From Nitrospirota bacterium (GTDB lineage Bacteria > Nitrospirota > UBA9217): a DNA stretch of 64,000 nucleotides. The position numbers and the translations under genes are program-made. Every line of letters starts with the position of its first letter. The stretch's first letter is position 1. Positions 23,327 through 35,385 of this stretch are shown here, piece after piece. The DNA lies in assembly GCA_963796285.1 (NCBI GenBank), contig CAWCKW010000006.1, positions 96,001-160,000 on the forward strand, written 5' to 3'. The notes below the pieces were generated by a model that saw only the letters and a list, made by a program, of their open reading frames with translations, did not search any database and was not told where the DNA came from.

Positions 23327-25819
23327 ATGGAACCTCAAGAGATAAAATCACAGATCAATATCGAGCAGGAGATGAAGACCTCTTACCTCGATTACTCCAT
23401 GAGCGTCATCGTGGGACGGGCGCTTCCTGATGTGCGCGACGGCCTAAAGCCCGTGCATAGGCGGATTCTCTATGCCATGTTCCGCGAAGGGCTCCTGCAC
23501 AATAAGAAGTATTCAAAGAGCGCCGGTGTTGTGGGCGAGGTCCTGAAGAAGTACCATCCCCACGGCGACAGCGCGGTGTATGACACCATGGTCAGGATGG
23601 CCCAGGACTTCAACATGCGCTATCCGCTTGTGGACGGTCAGGGCAACTTCGGGTCTGTTGACGGCGACCCGGCAGCGGCGTACCGGTATACCGAAGCGCG
23701 GCTTACCAAATTGGCAGAAGAGCTGCTTGCTGACATTGACAAGGAGACGGTTGATTTCACTCCGAACTTTGACGACACGACGGTCGAGCCGTCTGTGCTG
23801 CCCACGCGTGTCCCCAACCTTCTGATCAACGGTTCCGCCGGCATCGCCGTGGGCATGGCCACGAACATCCCTCCGCATAATCTTTCCGAGGTCGTTGGCG
23901 GGCTCATCATGATGATCGACAACCCCGAAGTCACGATCCCCGAACTCATGACCTCGATCAAGGGGCCGGACTTTCCGACTGCCGGCTTTATCCACGGCTA
24001 TGAAGGCATCCGCCAGGCCTATATGACGGGCCGGGGCATCATCCAGATGCGTGCCCGGGCAACGATCGAAGAAGGCAAGGGCGACCGTGAGAGCGTCGTC
24101 GTGACCGAGCTCCCTTATCAGGTGAACAAGGCACGACTACTTGAGCGGATCGCCGAGCTTGTCCAGGAGAAGAAGATCACGGGCATATCCGAGATCCGCG
24201 ATGAGTCGGACCGCGAAGGCATGCGCATCGCGATCGATCTGAAAAAAGGCGAGCTCTCAACAGTGATCCTGAACCAGCTCTTCAAACATACGGCCATGCA
24301 ATCGACCTTTGGTGTGATCATGCTCGCGCTCGTGAACAACCAGCCCCGTGTGTTGAATCTGCGCAAGCTCCTGTCGAACTTTATCCAGCATCGCAGGGAA
24401 GTGGTGGTGCGCAGGACCAAGTTCGACCTGAGAAAAGCTGAGGAGCGCGCACATATCCTGTTGGGGCTCAAAATCGCACTCGATAATCTCGATGCGGTCA
24501 TCGCGCTGATCAAGGCGTCGGCGAACCCGGAGGAGGCCAGGATTGGGCTGGTTCGTGAGTTCACACTCTCGGAGATCCAGGCCCAGGCCATCCTTGAGAT
24601 GCGGCTCCAGCGGCTTACGGGACTTGAGCGAGACAAGATTATTGCGGAATATGAAGAGGTGCTCAAGGAAATCGCTCGATTGACCGAAATACTCGGTTCC
24701 GACGCGCTGGTGATGAAAATCATCAGGGACGAGTTGCTTGCCCTCAAAGCAGAGTACGGCGATGCGCGCCGGACCGAGATTGTGGCACAAACTTCGGAGA
24801 TCGACATCGAGGACCTGATCAAGGACGAGGATATGGTGATCACCATCTCTCATGCGGGCTATATCAAACGCATCCCGCTCACGACCTATCGTGCGCAACG
24901 GCGCGGCGGCAAGGGCAAGATGGGGATGGAGACCAAGGAAACCGATTTTGTCGAACGGCTCTTCACGGCCACCACGCACAGCTATATCCTTTTCTTCACG
25001 AACAAGGGCCGGGTGTACTGGCTTAAGGTGCACCAGATTCCCGAGGCAGGCAGGCAGGCAAAGGGCAAGGCGATCGTGAACCTGCTCCAGATGGGACAGA
25101 ATGAACGGGTCACGGCCGCTCTCCCGATTCGCCATTTTACGCCGGACAAATTCATCCTAATGGCGACGAAAAGGGGCATTATCAAGAAAACAGAGCTTGA
25201 TTCGTACAGTCATCCGCGGCCCTCGGGCATCATCGCGATCACGCTTGAAGAGGGTGACGAGCTCATCGCGGCTGAGGTGACGGACGGCAAATGCGATGTG
25301 TTCCTCGGTACCAAGGATGGTCTCTCGATCAGGTTCTCTGAGACCGATGTGCGGGAGATCGGTCGCACCGGTAAGGGTGTGATCGGGATACGGCTCGATA
25401 AGGGCAACGAGGTCGTCGGTATGGAGATCGTGCGCGACGATTCCACGATCCTGACCGTGACCGAGAACGGCTACGGCAAACGAAGCACGCTCGAAGACTA
25501 CCGAAGCCAGGGCAGGGGCGGCAAGGGCATCATCACAATCAAGATCATGGAAAAGAATGGCCGGGTGGTCGGCATGGCTCAGGTGTCCGCGGAAGACGAG
25601 ATCATTCTCATAACGTCGAACGGCAAGGTAATTCGCATCCGGGCCAAAGACATTTCGGTTCAAGGTAGGAACACGCAGGGCGTGCGACTCTTCGATATCG
25701 AAGAGGGCGATAAAGTGGTCAGCTTTGCTAAGGTGGCAGAACGTGAAGAAGAAAAAGAAACAGCTCCGGAGAAGAGCTCGCCGGAGCCGTCCGATGCCCA
25801 GGATACCAGCGCGTCATGA
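23327..25819 (+). CDS. gyrA: DNA gyrase subunit A
   Basis: [15 protein letters not shown], GyrA box QRRGGKG. Confidence 0.98.
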   Translation: MEPQEIKSQINIEQEMKTSYLDYSMSVIVGRALPDVRDGLKPVHRRILYAMFREGLLHNKKYSKSAGVVGEVLKKYHPHGDSAVYDTMVRMAQDFNMRYPLVDGQGNFGSVDGDPAAAYRYTEARLTKLAEELLADIDKETVDFTPNFDDTTVEPSVLPTRVPNLLINGSAGIAVGMATNIPPHNLSEVVGGLIMMIDNPEVTIPELMTSIKGPDFPTAGFIHGYEGIRQAYMTGRGIIQMRARATIEEGKGDRESVVVTELPYQVNKARLLERIAELVQEKKITGISEIRDESDREGMRIAIDLKKGELSTVILNQLFKHTAMQSTFGVIMLALVNNQPRVLNLRKLLSNFIQHRREVVVRRTKFDLRKAEERAHILLGLKIALDNLDAVIALIKASANPEEARIGLVREFTLSEIQAQAILEMRLQRLTGLERDKIIAEYEEVLKEIARLTEILGSDALVMKIIRDELLALKAEYGDARRTEIVAQTSEIDIEDLIKDEDMVITISHAGYIKRIPLTTYRAQRRGGKGKMGMETKETDFVERLFTATTHSYILFFTNKGRVYWLKVHQIPEAGRQAKGKAIVNLLQMGQNERVTAALPIRHFTPDKFILMATKRGIIKKTELDSYSHPRPSGIIAITLEEGDELIAAEVTDGKCDVFLGTKDGLSIRFSETDVREIGRTGKGVIGIRLDKGNEVVGMEIVRDDSTILTVTENGYGKRSTLEDYRSQGRGGKGIITIKIMEKNGRVVGMAQVSAEDEIILITSNGKVIRIRAKDISVQGRNTQGVRLFDIEEGDKVVSFAKVAEREEEKETAPEKSSPEPSDAQDTSAS

Positions 25820-26607
25820 AGAAGCTTGTGATTGTTCTTCTGCTTACGATATTCGTGTTGTCTGGCTGTAATGTTTTTGATAAGGCCGCGCAGAACGAGT
25901 TTGAGGCTGCGACCAAGCTCTGGAATGCAGGTGATTACCAGAGTGCAGTCAGGCTGTATTTTGAGCTCGTTAAGGAGCACCCCTCCAGTTCGCGAGCTGA
26001 TGACGCACTTTACTGGGCAGGGGTGACGCAATTCCTTTACCTCGGCGAGACCGAGAAGGCGCTTCAGACCTTGCGACTGCTCTTGAAACGGTATCCGCAA
26101 AGGGACATGGCGCCCGCTGCCCAGTGGTACATCGCCCAGATCTATGAGCTCGGATACAGTGATTACGAACGCGCTACGGCGGAATACCGAAGGGCTGCGG
26201 AGTATTCGGACCGCGAGGTGAGGGAAAAGAGCCTGTACAGTCTTGCCGATAATCTGTTCCGTCTCGGCAAGCGGGACGAAGCGCGCGATATCTGGATGCT
26301 GCAGGTGGCGGAATTCCCCAACGGGCCGCAGTCACGGATTGCCTATTACCGGCTGGGGACCGCTGCATTTGCAAAGGGCGAGCTGAAAAGCGCAGAGTCG
26401 TATTACCGAAAAACGCTTGAGAATAGCACCGATAAAGAGCTTGCAATCAAGGCCACGTTCGCCCTCGCCGGCTGTTTTGAAGCAGATGATAGTCTGGCAG
26501 AAGCGCTCAAGCTCTACAAGGAGATTGAACCCGTCTATTCGAATCCAGAGGCCATTCAGATCAAGATCCGGGCGCTCGAGACCAGGATCATTAAGAAAAG
26601 TTATTGA
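25816..26607 (+). CDS. TPR-repeat lipoprotein (BamD/CpoB-like)
   Basis: Lipobox LSGC; repeated TPR motifs. Confidence 0.8.
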   Translation: MKKLVIVLLLTIFVLSGCNVFDKAAQNEFEAATKLWNAGDYQSAVRLYFELVKEHPSSSRADDALYWAGVTQFLYLGETEKALQTLRLLLKRYPQRDMAPAAQWYIAQIYELGYSDYERATAEYRRAAEYSDREVREKSLYSLADNLFRLGKRDEARDIWMLQVAEFPNGPQSRIAYYRLGTAAFAKGELKSAESYYRKTLENSTDKELAIKATFALAGCFEADDSLAEALKLYKEIEPVYSNPEAIQIKIRALETRIIKKSY

Positions 26608-26634
26608 CAACATACAAGGAGAATGTTACCTTAA

Positions 26635-27930
<1,296 letters not shown>

Positions 27931-27966
27931 GTGGTTCACGCGGTTTAAACCGACGTGCAAGTTCAC

Positions 27967-28052
<86 letters not shown>

Positions 28053-28160
28053 AATCTATCGATAGTCTTTAGAATCTAGCGAGTTGCAAGTCTCACGAAT
28101 CGAAGAATTACATTTGTTAGACTCTATAAACCCGATGGATTCAATTGGCAGTAGCAACGC

Positions 28161-28250
28161 GGAGAGGTGGCCGAGCGGCTGAAGGCAGCTGCCTGCTAAG
28201 CAGTTGTGGGGGTGACTCCACCCCGGGTTCGAATCCCGGCCTCTCCGCCA
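28161..28250 (+). tRNA. tRNA-Ser(GCT)
   Basis: Cloverleaf, anticodon GCT, CCA end. Confidence 0.95.
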
Positions 28251-28340
28251 TTTTGAGACTGTGCGTGCAAAGAATACATAAAAGCAGGCGATGTGCCTGC
28301 ATATTGCGTTCAAAAAAAGATTGTGAAGGAGGATGTATCG

Positions 28341-28856
28341 ATGAAGAAGCTTCTAACAGTTATTCTGGTCAGTGGTCTCGTATTTTCATTCGCGGGTTGC
28401 AAGAAAAAAGAGGAGAAACCGCAATTGCCCCCAGGACACCCGAGCATGGAAGGCGGAATACCGACAGGTACGGGTATGCCTGCAGCTATGCCGAAGGTAG
28501 ACCGCACCGTCACGGTTTCTAAAGAAGTATCAACGAAATGGTCCGCAGTAAAGCTTGCGGTCGAGGACAAGGTTGCGAAGTCCAAGAAAGAATATACCAT
28601 AGCGGTAGGGTCTGAGCTGGCAGTACCGAACACGAAGGTCAAAGTTAAGGTTCTCGCATTCCTGCCGGACTTCAAGATGGGCGACAAGGAAATCACGTCA
28701 CTTTCCGACAAGTCGAACAATCCTGCGGTGCAGGTGTTGGTGACTGAGCCGGGTAAAGAAGACTGGAAAGGCTGGCTCTTTTCCCTGAACCCTAGTATTC
28801 ATCCGTTCTCCCATGAGAAGCTCGCAATCACGCTCGTGGGTGGTGTTTCGAAGTAA
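28341..28856 (+). CDS. Lipoprotein, DUF2155-like
   Basis: Lipobox FAGC; FLPDFKM, NNPAV, WKGWLF..P..HPF. Confidence 0.7.
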   Translation: MKKLLTVILVSGLVFSFAGCKKKEEKPQLPPGHPSMEGGIPTGTGMPAAMPKVDRTVTVSKEVSTKWSAVKLAVEDKVAKSKKEYTIAVGSELAVPNTKVKVKVLAFLPDFKMGDKEITSLSDKSNNPAVQVLVTEPGKEDWKGWLFSLNPSIHPFSHEKLAITLVGGVSK

Positions 28857-28921
28857 TCGTGACCGGCGCAATCCTGTCAATCGGTGCACAGATGCATACT
28901 TGCATCTGTGCGCTTTATTTT

Positions 28922-28998
28922 GCGCCCATAGCTCAGCTGGATAGAGCAACGGACTACGAATCCGTAGGCCAGAGGTTCGAATCCTCTTGGGCGCACCA
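28922..28998 (+). tRNA. tRNA-Arg(ACG)
   Basis: Cloverleaf, anticodon ACG. Confidence 0.96.
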
Positions 28999-29012
28999 TT
29001 CTTAAAAAAAAG

Positions 29013-29486
29013 ATGAACCGACCGGGGTGCAGAACGGACAAAGATTTTATGCGCATGGCGCTGGCCGAGGCTGAGAAGGCCGTCGCGTGCGGAGAAATCC
29101 CGGTTGGTGCCGTGCTGGTGATCGCGGGTGAGGTCATCGCAGTTGCGCATAATATGCGCGAGACCTGGCAGGACCCTACAGCACACGCAGAAACACTGGC
29201 GCTCAGGGAGGCGGCTGCGAGGCTTGGCAGGTGGCGGTTACAGGACGCAACTCTCTACGTGACCCTCGAGCCCTGTCTTATGTGTGCGGGCGCGTTGGTG
29301 CTCGCACGGGTCAACAGGCTAGTCTACGGCTGCCGGGACCCCAAAGCTGGCGCACTCGGGTCCGTATATGATGTGGTGCGTGACGGCGGGTTGAATCATG
29401 TGTACCGGATCACGCCGGGAGTGCTCGAGGCTGAATGCCGGCAGATACTCTCAGGGTTTTTTGAAAAACTTCGAGAGAAAGTCTAA
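29013..29486 (+). CDS. tadA: tRNA adenosine(34) deaminase
   Basis: DPTAHAE, TLEPCLMCAGA. Confidence 0.95.
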   Translation: MNRPGCRTDKDFMRMALAEAEKAVACGEIPVGAVLVIAGEVIAVAHNMRETWQDPTAHAETLALREAAARLGRWRLQDATLYVTLEPCLMCAGALVLARVNRLVYGCRDPKAGALGSVYDVVRDGGLNHVYRITPGVLEAECRQILSGFFEKLREKV

Positions 29487-29539
29487 AGAGTGAGTAATAT
29501 CACGAATGAGAGGTAACAATCCGCAGACCATGGTTATCC

Positions 29540-29630
29540 GGAGAGGTGGCCGAGCTGGCTGAAGGCGGCAGTCTCGAAAACTGTTGTGGGGGTAACTCCA
29601 CCGGGGGTTCAAATCCCCCCCTCTCCGCCA
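29540..29630 (+). tRNA. tRNA-Ser(CGA)
   Basis: Cloverleaf, anticodon CGA. Confidence 0.95.
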
Positions 29631-29747
29631 AGTTCACTAATAAGGATCAGATTCAACGCACTGAGTTAAGCAAAGCAAGACGATACGAGCGAGGGATTAG
29701 TTTATTATTTTTAAACTACGAACTCCGGACCGTGAACTGTAGCAAAC

Positions 29748-29835
29748 GGAGAGGTGGCCGAGCGGCTGAAGGCGCACGCTTGGAAAGCGTGTTTAGGGAA
29801 ACTTAACGTGGGTTCGAACCCCACCCTCTCCGCCA
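29748..29835 (+). tRNA. tRNA-Ser(GGA)
   Basis: Cloverleaf, anticodon GGA. Confidence 0.95.
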
Positions 29836-29947
29836 TATTGAAAAACAGACTCAAGAGTCGTGCCGGTTGGGAGACTAAAGAGTTTGATTTAGCACTCTTA
29901 AGACCCTATAAATAAACTCGTTAGAAAGAATAGACTTGCAAAGTAGC

Positions 29948-30059
29948 GCTCATGAGCCCGGGTCCTGCGCAACCATGGTCCGTGAATCCCGTCAGGTCCG
30001 GAAGGAAGCAGCGGTAAACGGGTTCCTGGTGTGCCGCAGGGAAGCCCGGGCTTGTGAGC
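29948..30059 (+). ncRNA. ffs: Signal recognition particle small RNA
   Basis: TCAGGTCCGGAAGGAAGCAGC domain IV in a long hairpin, followed by a T-run, upstream of dnaX. Confidence 0.95.
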
Positions 30060-30151
30060 TTTTTTTTTAACAGGTTGCCCCTCGTCCGATTATATTGTTC
30101 GGGGTCAGTGGTAATCTCAGTATTGGGCTGTCCCGTCATGATGAGGATTTC

Positions 30152-31789
30152 ATGAGCTATCAGGTTTTGGCAAGAAAATGGAGGCCACAGGTATTCGATG
30201 ATGTAGTGGGTCAGGCGCACATCACGCGGACACTTCAGAACGCCATTATTACCGACCGGCTTGCCCATGCATTCCTCTTCTCCGGCCCGCGAGGCGTAGG
30301 CAAGACTACCACCGCGCGTATTCTTGCCAAGGCGCTCAACTGCATAAAAGGGCCTACTCCAACGCCCTGCGGTACGTGCGATTCGTGTCTCGAGACCGCA
30401 GCCGGCACGTCCGTGGACGTCATCGAGATCGACGGAGCATCGAACCGCGGTATAGAGCATATTCGAGAGCTGCGCGAGGCCGTCAAGTATGCGCCCGTGG
30501 TCGGCAAGTACAAGGTCTACGTGATCGACGAGGTCCACATGCTCACGAACGAGGCATTTAATGCCTTGCTCAAGACCCTCGAAGAACCGCCACCCCATGT
30601 CCTCTTTATCTTCGCGACCACCGAACCCCAGAAGATCCCCGCCACGATCCACTCCCGCTGCCAGCGTTATGGCTTTAAGCGGGTCGCGCTCCATGACATT
30701 ATCGAGAGGCTGCGCACGATCGCTGCTGCCGAGGGTATCACCATAACGGACCAGGGTCTGGCCATGATCGCCCGAGCCGCTGAAGGAAGCATGCGGGACT
30801 CGCAGAGCATCCTGGACCAGGCGGTATCGTACAGCGGCATGGAGATCCGGGATGAAGATCTCCAGGCAACCCTCGGCTCCGTTGCTCAGGCCACGCTATT
30901 AACATTCACTGCAGAACTCTTATCACGGGACACCGCTGGCTTGCTCAAACAGGTGGATGCGTTGCTGGAGCAGGGGCAGGACATGCGCCAGTTCCTGGCG
31001 GGCGTTGTTGAACACCTCCGGAACCTTATGGTCGTGAAGATCGCGACAAATCCCGGACGGATCATTGAGCTTCCTGCTGCGGACATAGAGGCGATCAAAC
31101 AACAGGCAGGCGGTGCTGAATCTGAACACCTCCTGATGCTTTTTGACAGCCTGTCAAGGACCCTTGAAGACATGCGATGGTCGCCCTACCAGCGGTTCAC
31201 GATCGAGATCGGTCTCATCAAAGCATGCAATCTAGCACCGCTCAAGCCGCTTGGCGAGGTGCTTGGAATGCTGAACGGGCTTGAAGCGCGGCTCGCCACG
31301 GGCCAGAGGCCGACCGTGCCGGCAGTGTCCGCCGCACACCATATCAGCGAACGGTCTGTGGAATATCGAGCGAAGCCGTTGGCGGTCCCGGCACAGCATG
31401 CTCCACGAGCGGAGGGTGGACAGGATGACTTCTGGGGCAGTATTATGACAGCCCTGAAATCAAAAAAGCCGGGACTGGCATCGGCGCTGGGGCATTGCAG
31501 GCTTATCGAGCTGTCGGAGAACCAGATCGTGGTCGGCGTGCAGGGCAATGCTTTTCAACTGGAGCTTGTTGAAAAACGCGAAAGCCGGGTCCTGATTGAG
31601 GAGATTGCCACAGAAATCCTGAAGAAAAAGGTGAATATAAAGATCCAGCCTCTTGCGGCAACCCCGCAGCCCGGTGCAAAAACGACGCAAAAAAAAGGCA
31701 AGCCTGACGATCAGGATCCAGCAGTGCAGGATGTGCTCAAGGTCTTTACGCAGGGCGAGGTGATCGAGCAGAACCATTCTCATGAGTGA
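30152..31789 (+). CDS. dnaX: DNA polymerase III gamma/tau
   Basis: YQVLARKWRPQ, GPRGVGKTT, DEVHML. Confidence 0.97.
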   Translation: MSYQVLARKWRPQVFDDVVGQAHITRTLQNAIITDRLAHAFLFSGPRGVGKTTTARILAKALNCIKGPTPTPCGTCDSCLETAAGTSVDVIEIDGASNRGIEHIRELREAVKYAPVVGKYKVYVIDEVHMLTNEAFNALLKTLEEPPPHVLFIFATTEPQKIPATIHSRCQRYGFKRVALHDIIERLRTIAAAEGITITDQGLAMIARAAEGSMRDSQSILDQAVSYSGMEIRDEDLQATLGSVAQATLLTFTAELLSRDTAGLLKQVDALLEQGQDMRQFLAGVVEHLRNLMVVKIATNPGRIIELPAADIEAIKQQAGGAESEHLLMLFDSLSRTLEDMRWSPYQRFTIEIGLIKACNLAPLKPLGEVLGMLNGLEARLATGQRPTVPAVSAAHHISERSVEYRAKPLAVPAQHAPRAEGGQDDFWGSIMTALKSKKPGLASALGHCRLIELSENQIVVGVQGNAFQLELVEKRESRVLIEEIATEILKKKVNIKIQPLAATPQPGAKTTQKKGKPDDQDPAVQDVLKVFTQGEVIEQNHSHE

Positions 31790-31862
31790 ACAAAACACGC
31801 GGCAGCGCATCCCGTATTACACATTTGTTTTTTTTATATACCCATAAACCATTCAATTTTAG

Positions 31863-31891
31863 TTGCAAAACCGTAAAAATTCTTTTATTAT
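31863..31891 (+). promoter_or_regulatory. Putative sigma70 promoter upstream of hairpin/ybaB
   Basis: TTGCAA-N17-TATTAT. Confidence 0.45.
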
Positions 31892-31903
31892 ATTATTCCT
31901 TTT

Positions 31904-32012
31904 ACCCCGTTCGAGGATGCGAGAACACTTCTGACCTTTGACGGCGGTTGATATCATACCAGAACGAGTTATTGTACACAGGGTCGCTGGAGTACTCGAC
32001 CTCTAACAGGGT
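31904..32012 (+). ncRNA. Candidate structured RNA or leader
   Basis: Hand-folded ~110-nt imperfect hairpin with several stacked helices. Confidence 0.35.
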
Positions 32013-32051
32013 GTACCCGATATATAATTTCACGAACTCTAAAGGCGCTCA

Positions 32052-32372
32052 ATGTCAAAAAACATGATCGGAAATCTCATGAAGCAGGCCCAGCAGATGC
32101 AGGAGCGGGTAAAGAAGCTCCAGGAAGAGGCTGCAGGCAAGACCGTGGAAGCTTCCTCGGGCGGCGGTATGGTCACGGTGGTCGCGAACGGACGCCAGGA
32201 GGTCCTCTCGATAAAAATCGATCCTTCCGTCGTTGACCCGAAAGACATTGATATGCTCCAGGATCTTGTCACCGCAGCGGTGAACGAAGCGATTCGAAAG
32301 TCGCAGGACCTGATGAAAGATGAGATGGCAAAGCTTACCGCCGGCATGGGACTCCCGCCGGGGCTGATATAG
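32052..32372 (+). CDS. ybaB: YbaB/EbfC nucleoid-associated protein
   Basis: MKQAQQMQ, SGGGMVTV, LQDLVTAAVNEA. Confidence 0.95.
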   Translation: MSKNMIGNLMKQAQQMQERVKKLQEEAAGKTVEASSGGGMVTVVANGRQEVLSIKIDPSVVDPKDIDMLQDLVTAAVNEAIRKSQDLMKDEMAKLTAGMGLPPGLI

Positions 32373-32541
32373 AAATTGCGGTTTTGGATCGTCGATTTCG
32401 CATTATATTCCTTCCGCAATCCGAATTTCGCAGTCCGAAATCGATATGATACAAGGTGAACAAGACAGGACGGTGGTCGAGAAGGAACAGGCATCCCGGG
32501 CCGTCTCGCCCGCGAAGCGACAGGGGAAAGCCGGCGCGCAG

Positions 32542-33144
32542 GTGGCCGAGGTTTCCGGCAAGACACTCGGCAGGATGGTCGAGTCGTTCATGAAGCTCCC
32601 CGGCATTGGTAGAAAGAGCGCAGAGCGCCTCGCGTTCGCTGTGCTCAGCATGCCGCGGGAAGAGGCGGCCGGGATCGCGCAGGCTATCCTGGACCTCAAG
32701 AACAACAGTCGCTATTGCACGGTCTGTCATAATATCACCGAGGATGAGATTTGCGCCGTGTGCCGTGACGAGAGACGGGACAGCTCCCGCATCTGCGTGG
32801 TGGAGGAGCCGAGCAACATCCTGGTCCTTGAAAAGAGCGGTATCTTCCGGGGCCGTTACCATGCACTGATGGGCGCTCTCTCGCCGCTCGACGGGATTGG
32901 TCCGGAAGAGCTCACGATCGACGGTCTGATGGTGCGGCTGAAGAACGACGTGGTCAAGGAAGTCATTATAGCGACGAACCCTACGGTTAAGGGCGAGACC
33001 ACCGCCCTCTACCTGTCTAAGCTGATAAAGCCCCTCGGTATCTGCGTAAGCCGCATCGCCTACGGCCTGCCGGTTGGCGGGGACATAGAGTATGCGGACG
33101 ATAATACGGTCCTGCGGGCACTTGAAGGCCGGCGGGAAATGTAG
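32542..33144 (+). CDS. recR: Recombination mediator RecR (start may be 32446)
   Basis: LPGIGRKSAERLA, C4 zinc finger, IATNPTVKGETTA. Confidence 0.96.
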   Translation: MAEVSGKTLGRMVESFMKLPGIGRKSAERLAFAVLSMPREEAAGIAQAILDLKNNSRYCTVCHNITEDEICAVCRDERRDSSRICVVEEPSNILVLEKSGIFRGRYHALMGALSPLDGIGPEELTIDGLMVRLKNDVVKEVIIATNPTVKGETTALYLSKLIKPLGICVSRIAYGLPVGGDIEYADDNTVLRALEGRREM

Positions 33145-33277
33145 GGGGAACAGCTAATAACAAATACGTTCCAATCACCAATATTAAAAAAGAACGGACA
33201 TTGAACTTGTAAAATTTAAATCCTCATGCAGGTTTTGGTAGCTGGAGCTCAGGATTAAATTTTCGGAGGGCAAGATT

Positions 33278-33853
33278 ATGGCAGAGATGATAGAAATAAG
33301 ATGGCACGGCCGGGGCGGTCAGGGGACCGTGACGGCGGCCAAGGTGCTCGCCGATGCCTGTTTGAGCGGTGGTCGCAACGTGCAGGCGTTCCCGGAATAT
33401 GGACCTGAGCGCGCGGGAGCGCCGCTGCGCGCCTATAATCGGATCAGCGAGAAGATTCTCAGGATGCACTGCCCGGTGTTGAACCCGGGTGTCGTGGCGG
33501 TCGTCGATGCTACGCTCCTGGACGCGATCAACGTGGCCGAGGGCGCGAAGGACGATGCCGTTTTCATCATCAACACGGGCAAGGACCCGAAAGAGGTGCG
33601 GGCGAAGTTAAAGGCAAAGCCTTCCCAGAAGGTCTTCACCGTTGATGCATCCAAGATCGCAAACGAGACCATCGGCAGGAATATGCCGAACTCCTGCATG
33701 CTCGGTGCAGTGAATCGCGCCACGTCGATCGTGACCATGGAAGTGCTGCTCGATGATGTGAAGGGCAGCTTCGGAAAAAAGTTCGCGCAGAAGATCATTG
33801 ACGGGAACCTTGCCGCGGTGAAACGCGGGTACGAGGAGGTACATGAAGGATGA
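33278..33853 (+). CDS. porC: Pyruvate/2-oxoacid:ferredoxin oxidoreductase gamma
   Basis: IRWHGRGGQG, FPEYGPERAGAP. Confidence 0.9.
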   Translation: MAEMIEIRWHGRGGQGTVTAAKVLADACLSGGRNVQAFPEYGPERAGAPLRAYNRISEKILRMHCPVLNPGVVAVVDATLLDAINVAEGAKDDAVFIINTGKDPKEVRAKLKAKPSQKVFTVDASKIANETIGRNMPNSCMLGAVNRATSIVTMEVLLDDVKGSFGKKFAQKIIDGNLAAVKRGYEEVHEG

Positions 33854-34143
33854 AACAGATGAACTGGAAACAGCTGCCCCATGCCGGCACGGTATTGAAG
33901 GCGGGGAATGCGAATGAATATAAGACCGGCTCATGGCGGTCGCTCAAACCACGCTGGATCGAGGAGAACTGCATCCAGTGTCTCTTCTGCTGGATCTACT
34001 GCCCGGATTCCGCGGTCCTGGTGAAGGATGAAAAGATGATCGGATACGATTACGACCACTGCAAGGGCTGCGGTGTTTGCGCTATGGAGTGCCCGGGCAA
34101 AAAGGGCAACAAGGCCATTGTCATGGAAGAGGAGGGCAAGTAA
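33850..34143 (+). CDS. porD: Pyruvate/2-oxoacid:ferredoxin oxidoreductase delta
   Basis: KTGSWR, two 4Fe-4S motifs. Confidence 0.9.
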   Translation: MKQMNWKQLPHAGTVLKAGNANEYKTGSWRSLKPRWIEENCIQCLFCWIYCPDSAVLVKDEKMIGYDYDHCKGCGVCAMECPGKKGNKAIVMEEEGK

Positions 34144-34144
34144 C

Positions 34145-35335
34145 ATGGCTGTGACAACGACAAAGACCGTGGCGGTCACCGGCAACCAGGCTGTTGCAGA
34201 GGCGCTCCGCCAGTTAAACCCCGATGTGATGCCTGCGTATCCTATCACGCCGTCCACCGGCATCATGGAGTCTTTCACCTCATTCGTTTCGAACGGGAAG
34301 GTTGACACCGAGACCATCCTTGTCGAGAGCGAGCACAGCGCTATGAGCGCTTGCATCGGCGCTTCTGCAGCGGGCGGCAGAGTGGCAACGGCCACGAGCG
34401 CTCAAGGCTTGGCCCTCATGTGGGAGATGCTGCACATTGCCTCGGGCTACCGCTTGCCGATCCTGATGGCGCTCGTGAACCGGGCGCTCTCCGCGCCGCT
34501 CAATATTCACGGCGACCATTCCGACGGTATGGGCATGCGCGACTGCGGCTGGATCCAGATCTTTTCCGAGAATGCCCAGGAGGCGTACGACAATACGATC
34601 ATGGCGTATCGCATTGCCGAGCACAAGGATGTGCGCCTGCCGATCGCGGTCAACATGGACGGGTTCATCATCAGCCATTCGATCGAGAGCATGCAGTTCC
34701 TCCCTGATGATGAGGTGAAAAAGTTCGTGGGCGACTATATCGCGATTGATCCGCTCCTGGACCTTGATAATCCCAAGAGCATCGGCGCGCTGGTGCTGCC
34801 GGACTACTACATGGAACACAAGCGCGCCCAGCACGAGGCGATGGTGAACGCGAAAAAAGTCATCCAGGAGGTATCCGCAGAATTCGCCAAGCTCTTCGGC
34901 CGCGAATATGATCTGTTCGAATCTTACCGCCTTGAAGACGCCGAGGTCGTTCTCGTCGCGCTCAACTCCGCCGCGGGAACGATCAAAGACGAGGTCGATC
35001 GCTACCGTGAAAAGGGCGTGAAGGCCGGACTGCTTAAGCCCCGCGTGTTCAGGCCTTTCCCGTATGTGGAAATCGGAGCTGCGCTCAAGAATGCCAAGGC
35101 GGTCTGCGTCATGGACCGGGCGGATTCCTACGGCGGCTACGGCCCGCTCTTTATGGAGATCGCGCCGGCCGTATACCCCTATCGCCAGGGACCGCTCCTG
35201 TTCAACAAGATCTACGGTCTCGGCGGCAGGGATCTGATGCCCCTCGATGTTGACAAGGTGATCGACGAGACCATCGAGGTCGCGAAGACCGGCACGGTCA
35301 AAATGGTGAAGGACTACATGACGGTTCGGAACTGA
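34145..35335 (+). CDS. porA: Pyruvate/2-oxoacid:ferredoxin oxidoreductase alpha
   Basis: AYPITPST, ESEHSA, NRALSAPLNIHGDHSD. Confidence 0.92.
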   Translation: MAVTTTKTVAVTGNQAVAEALRQLNPDVMPAYPITPSTGIMESFTSFVSNGKVDTETILVESEHSAMSACIGASAAGGRVATATSAQGLALMWEMLHIASGYRLPILMALVNRALSAPLNIHGDHSDGMGMRDCGWIQIFSENAQEAYDNTIMAYRIAEHKDVRLPIAVNMDGFIISHSIESMQFLPDDEVKKFVGDYIAIDPLLDLDNPKSIGALVLPDYYMEHKRAQHEAMVNAKKVIQEVSAEFAKLFGREYDLFESYRLEDAEVVLVALNSAAGTIKDEVDRYREKGVKAGLLKPRVFRPFPYVEIGAALKNAKAVCVMDRADSYGGYGPLFMEIAPAVYPYRQGPLLFNKIYGLGGRDLMPLDVDKVIDETIEVAKTGTVKMVKDYMTVRN

Positions 35336-35385
35336 GATCAATTTCCCATTCGGCCTTCACGGAAGGTTGCGTAGAGGAGAACACA

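Noticed and set aside
31688-31710. A8 run in dnaX as a programmed frameshift site
   Set aside because: Only about 30 codons from the end and no obvious stimulatory hairpin; the product would barely differ from tau.
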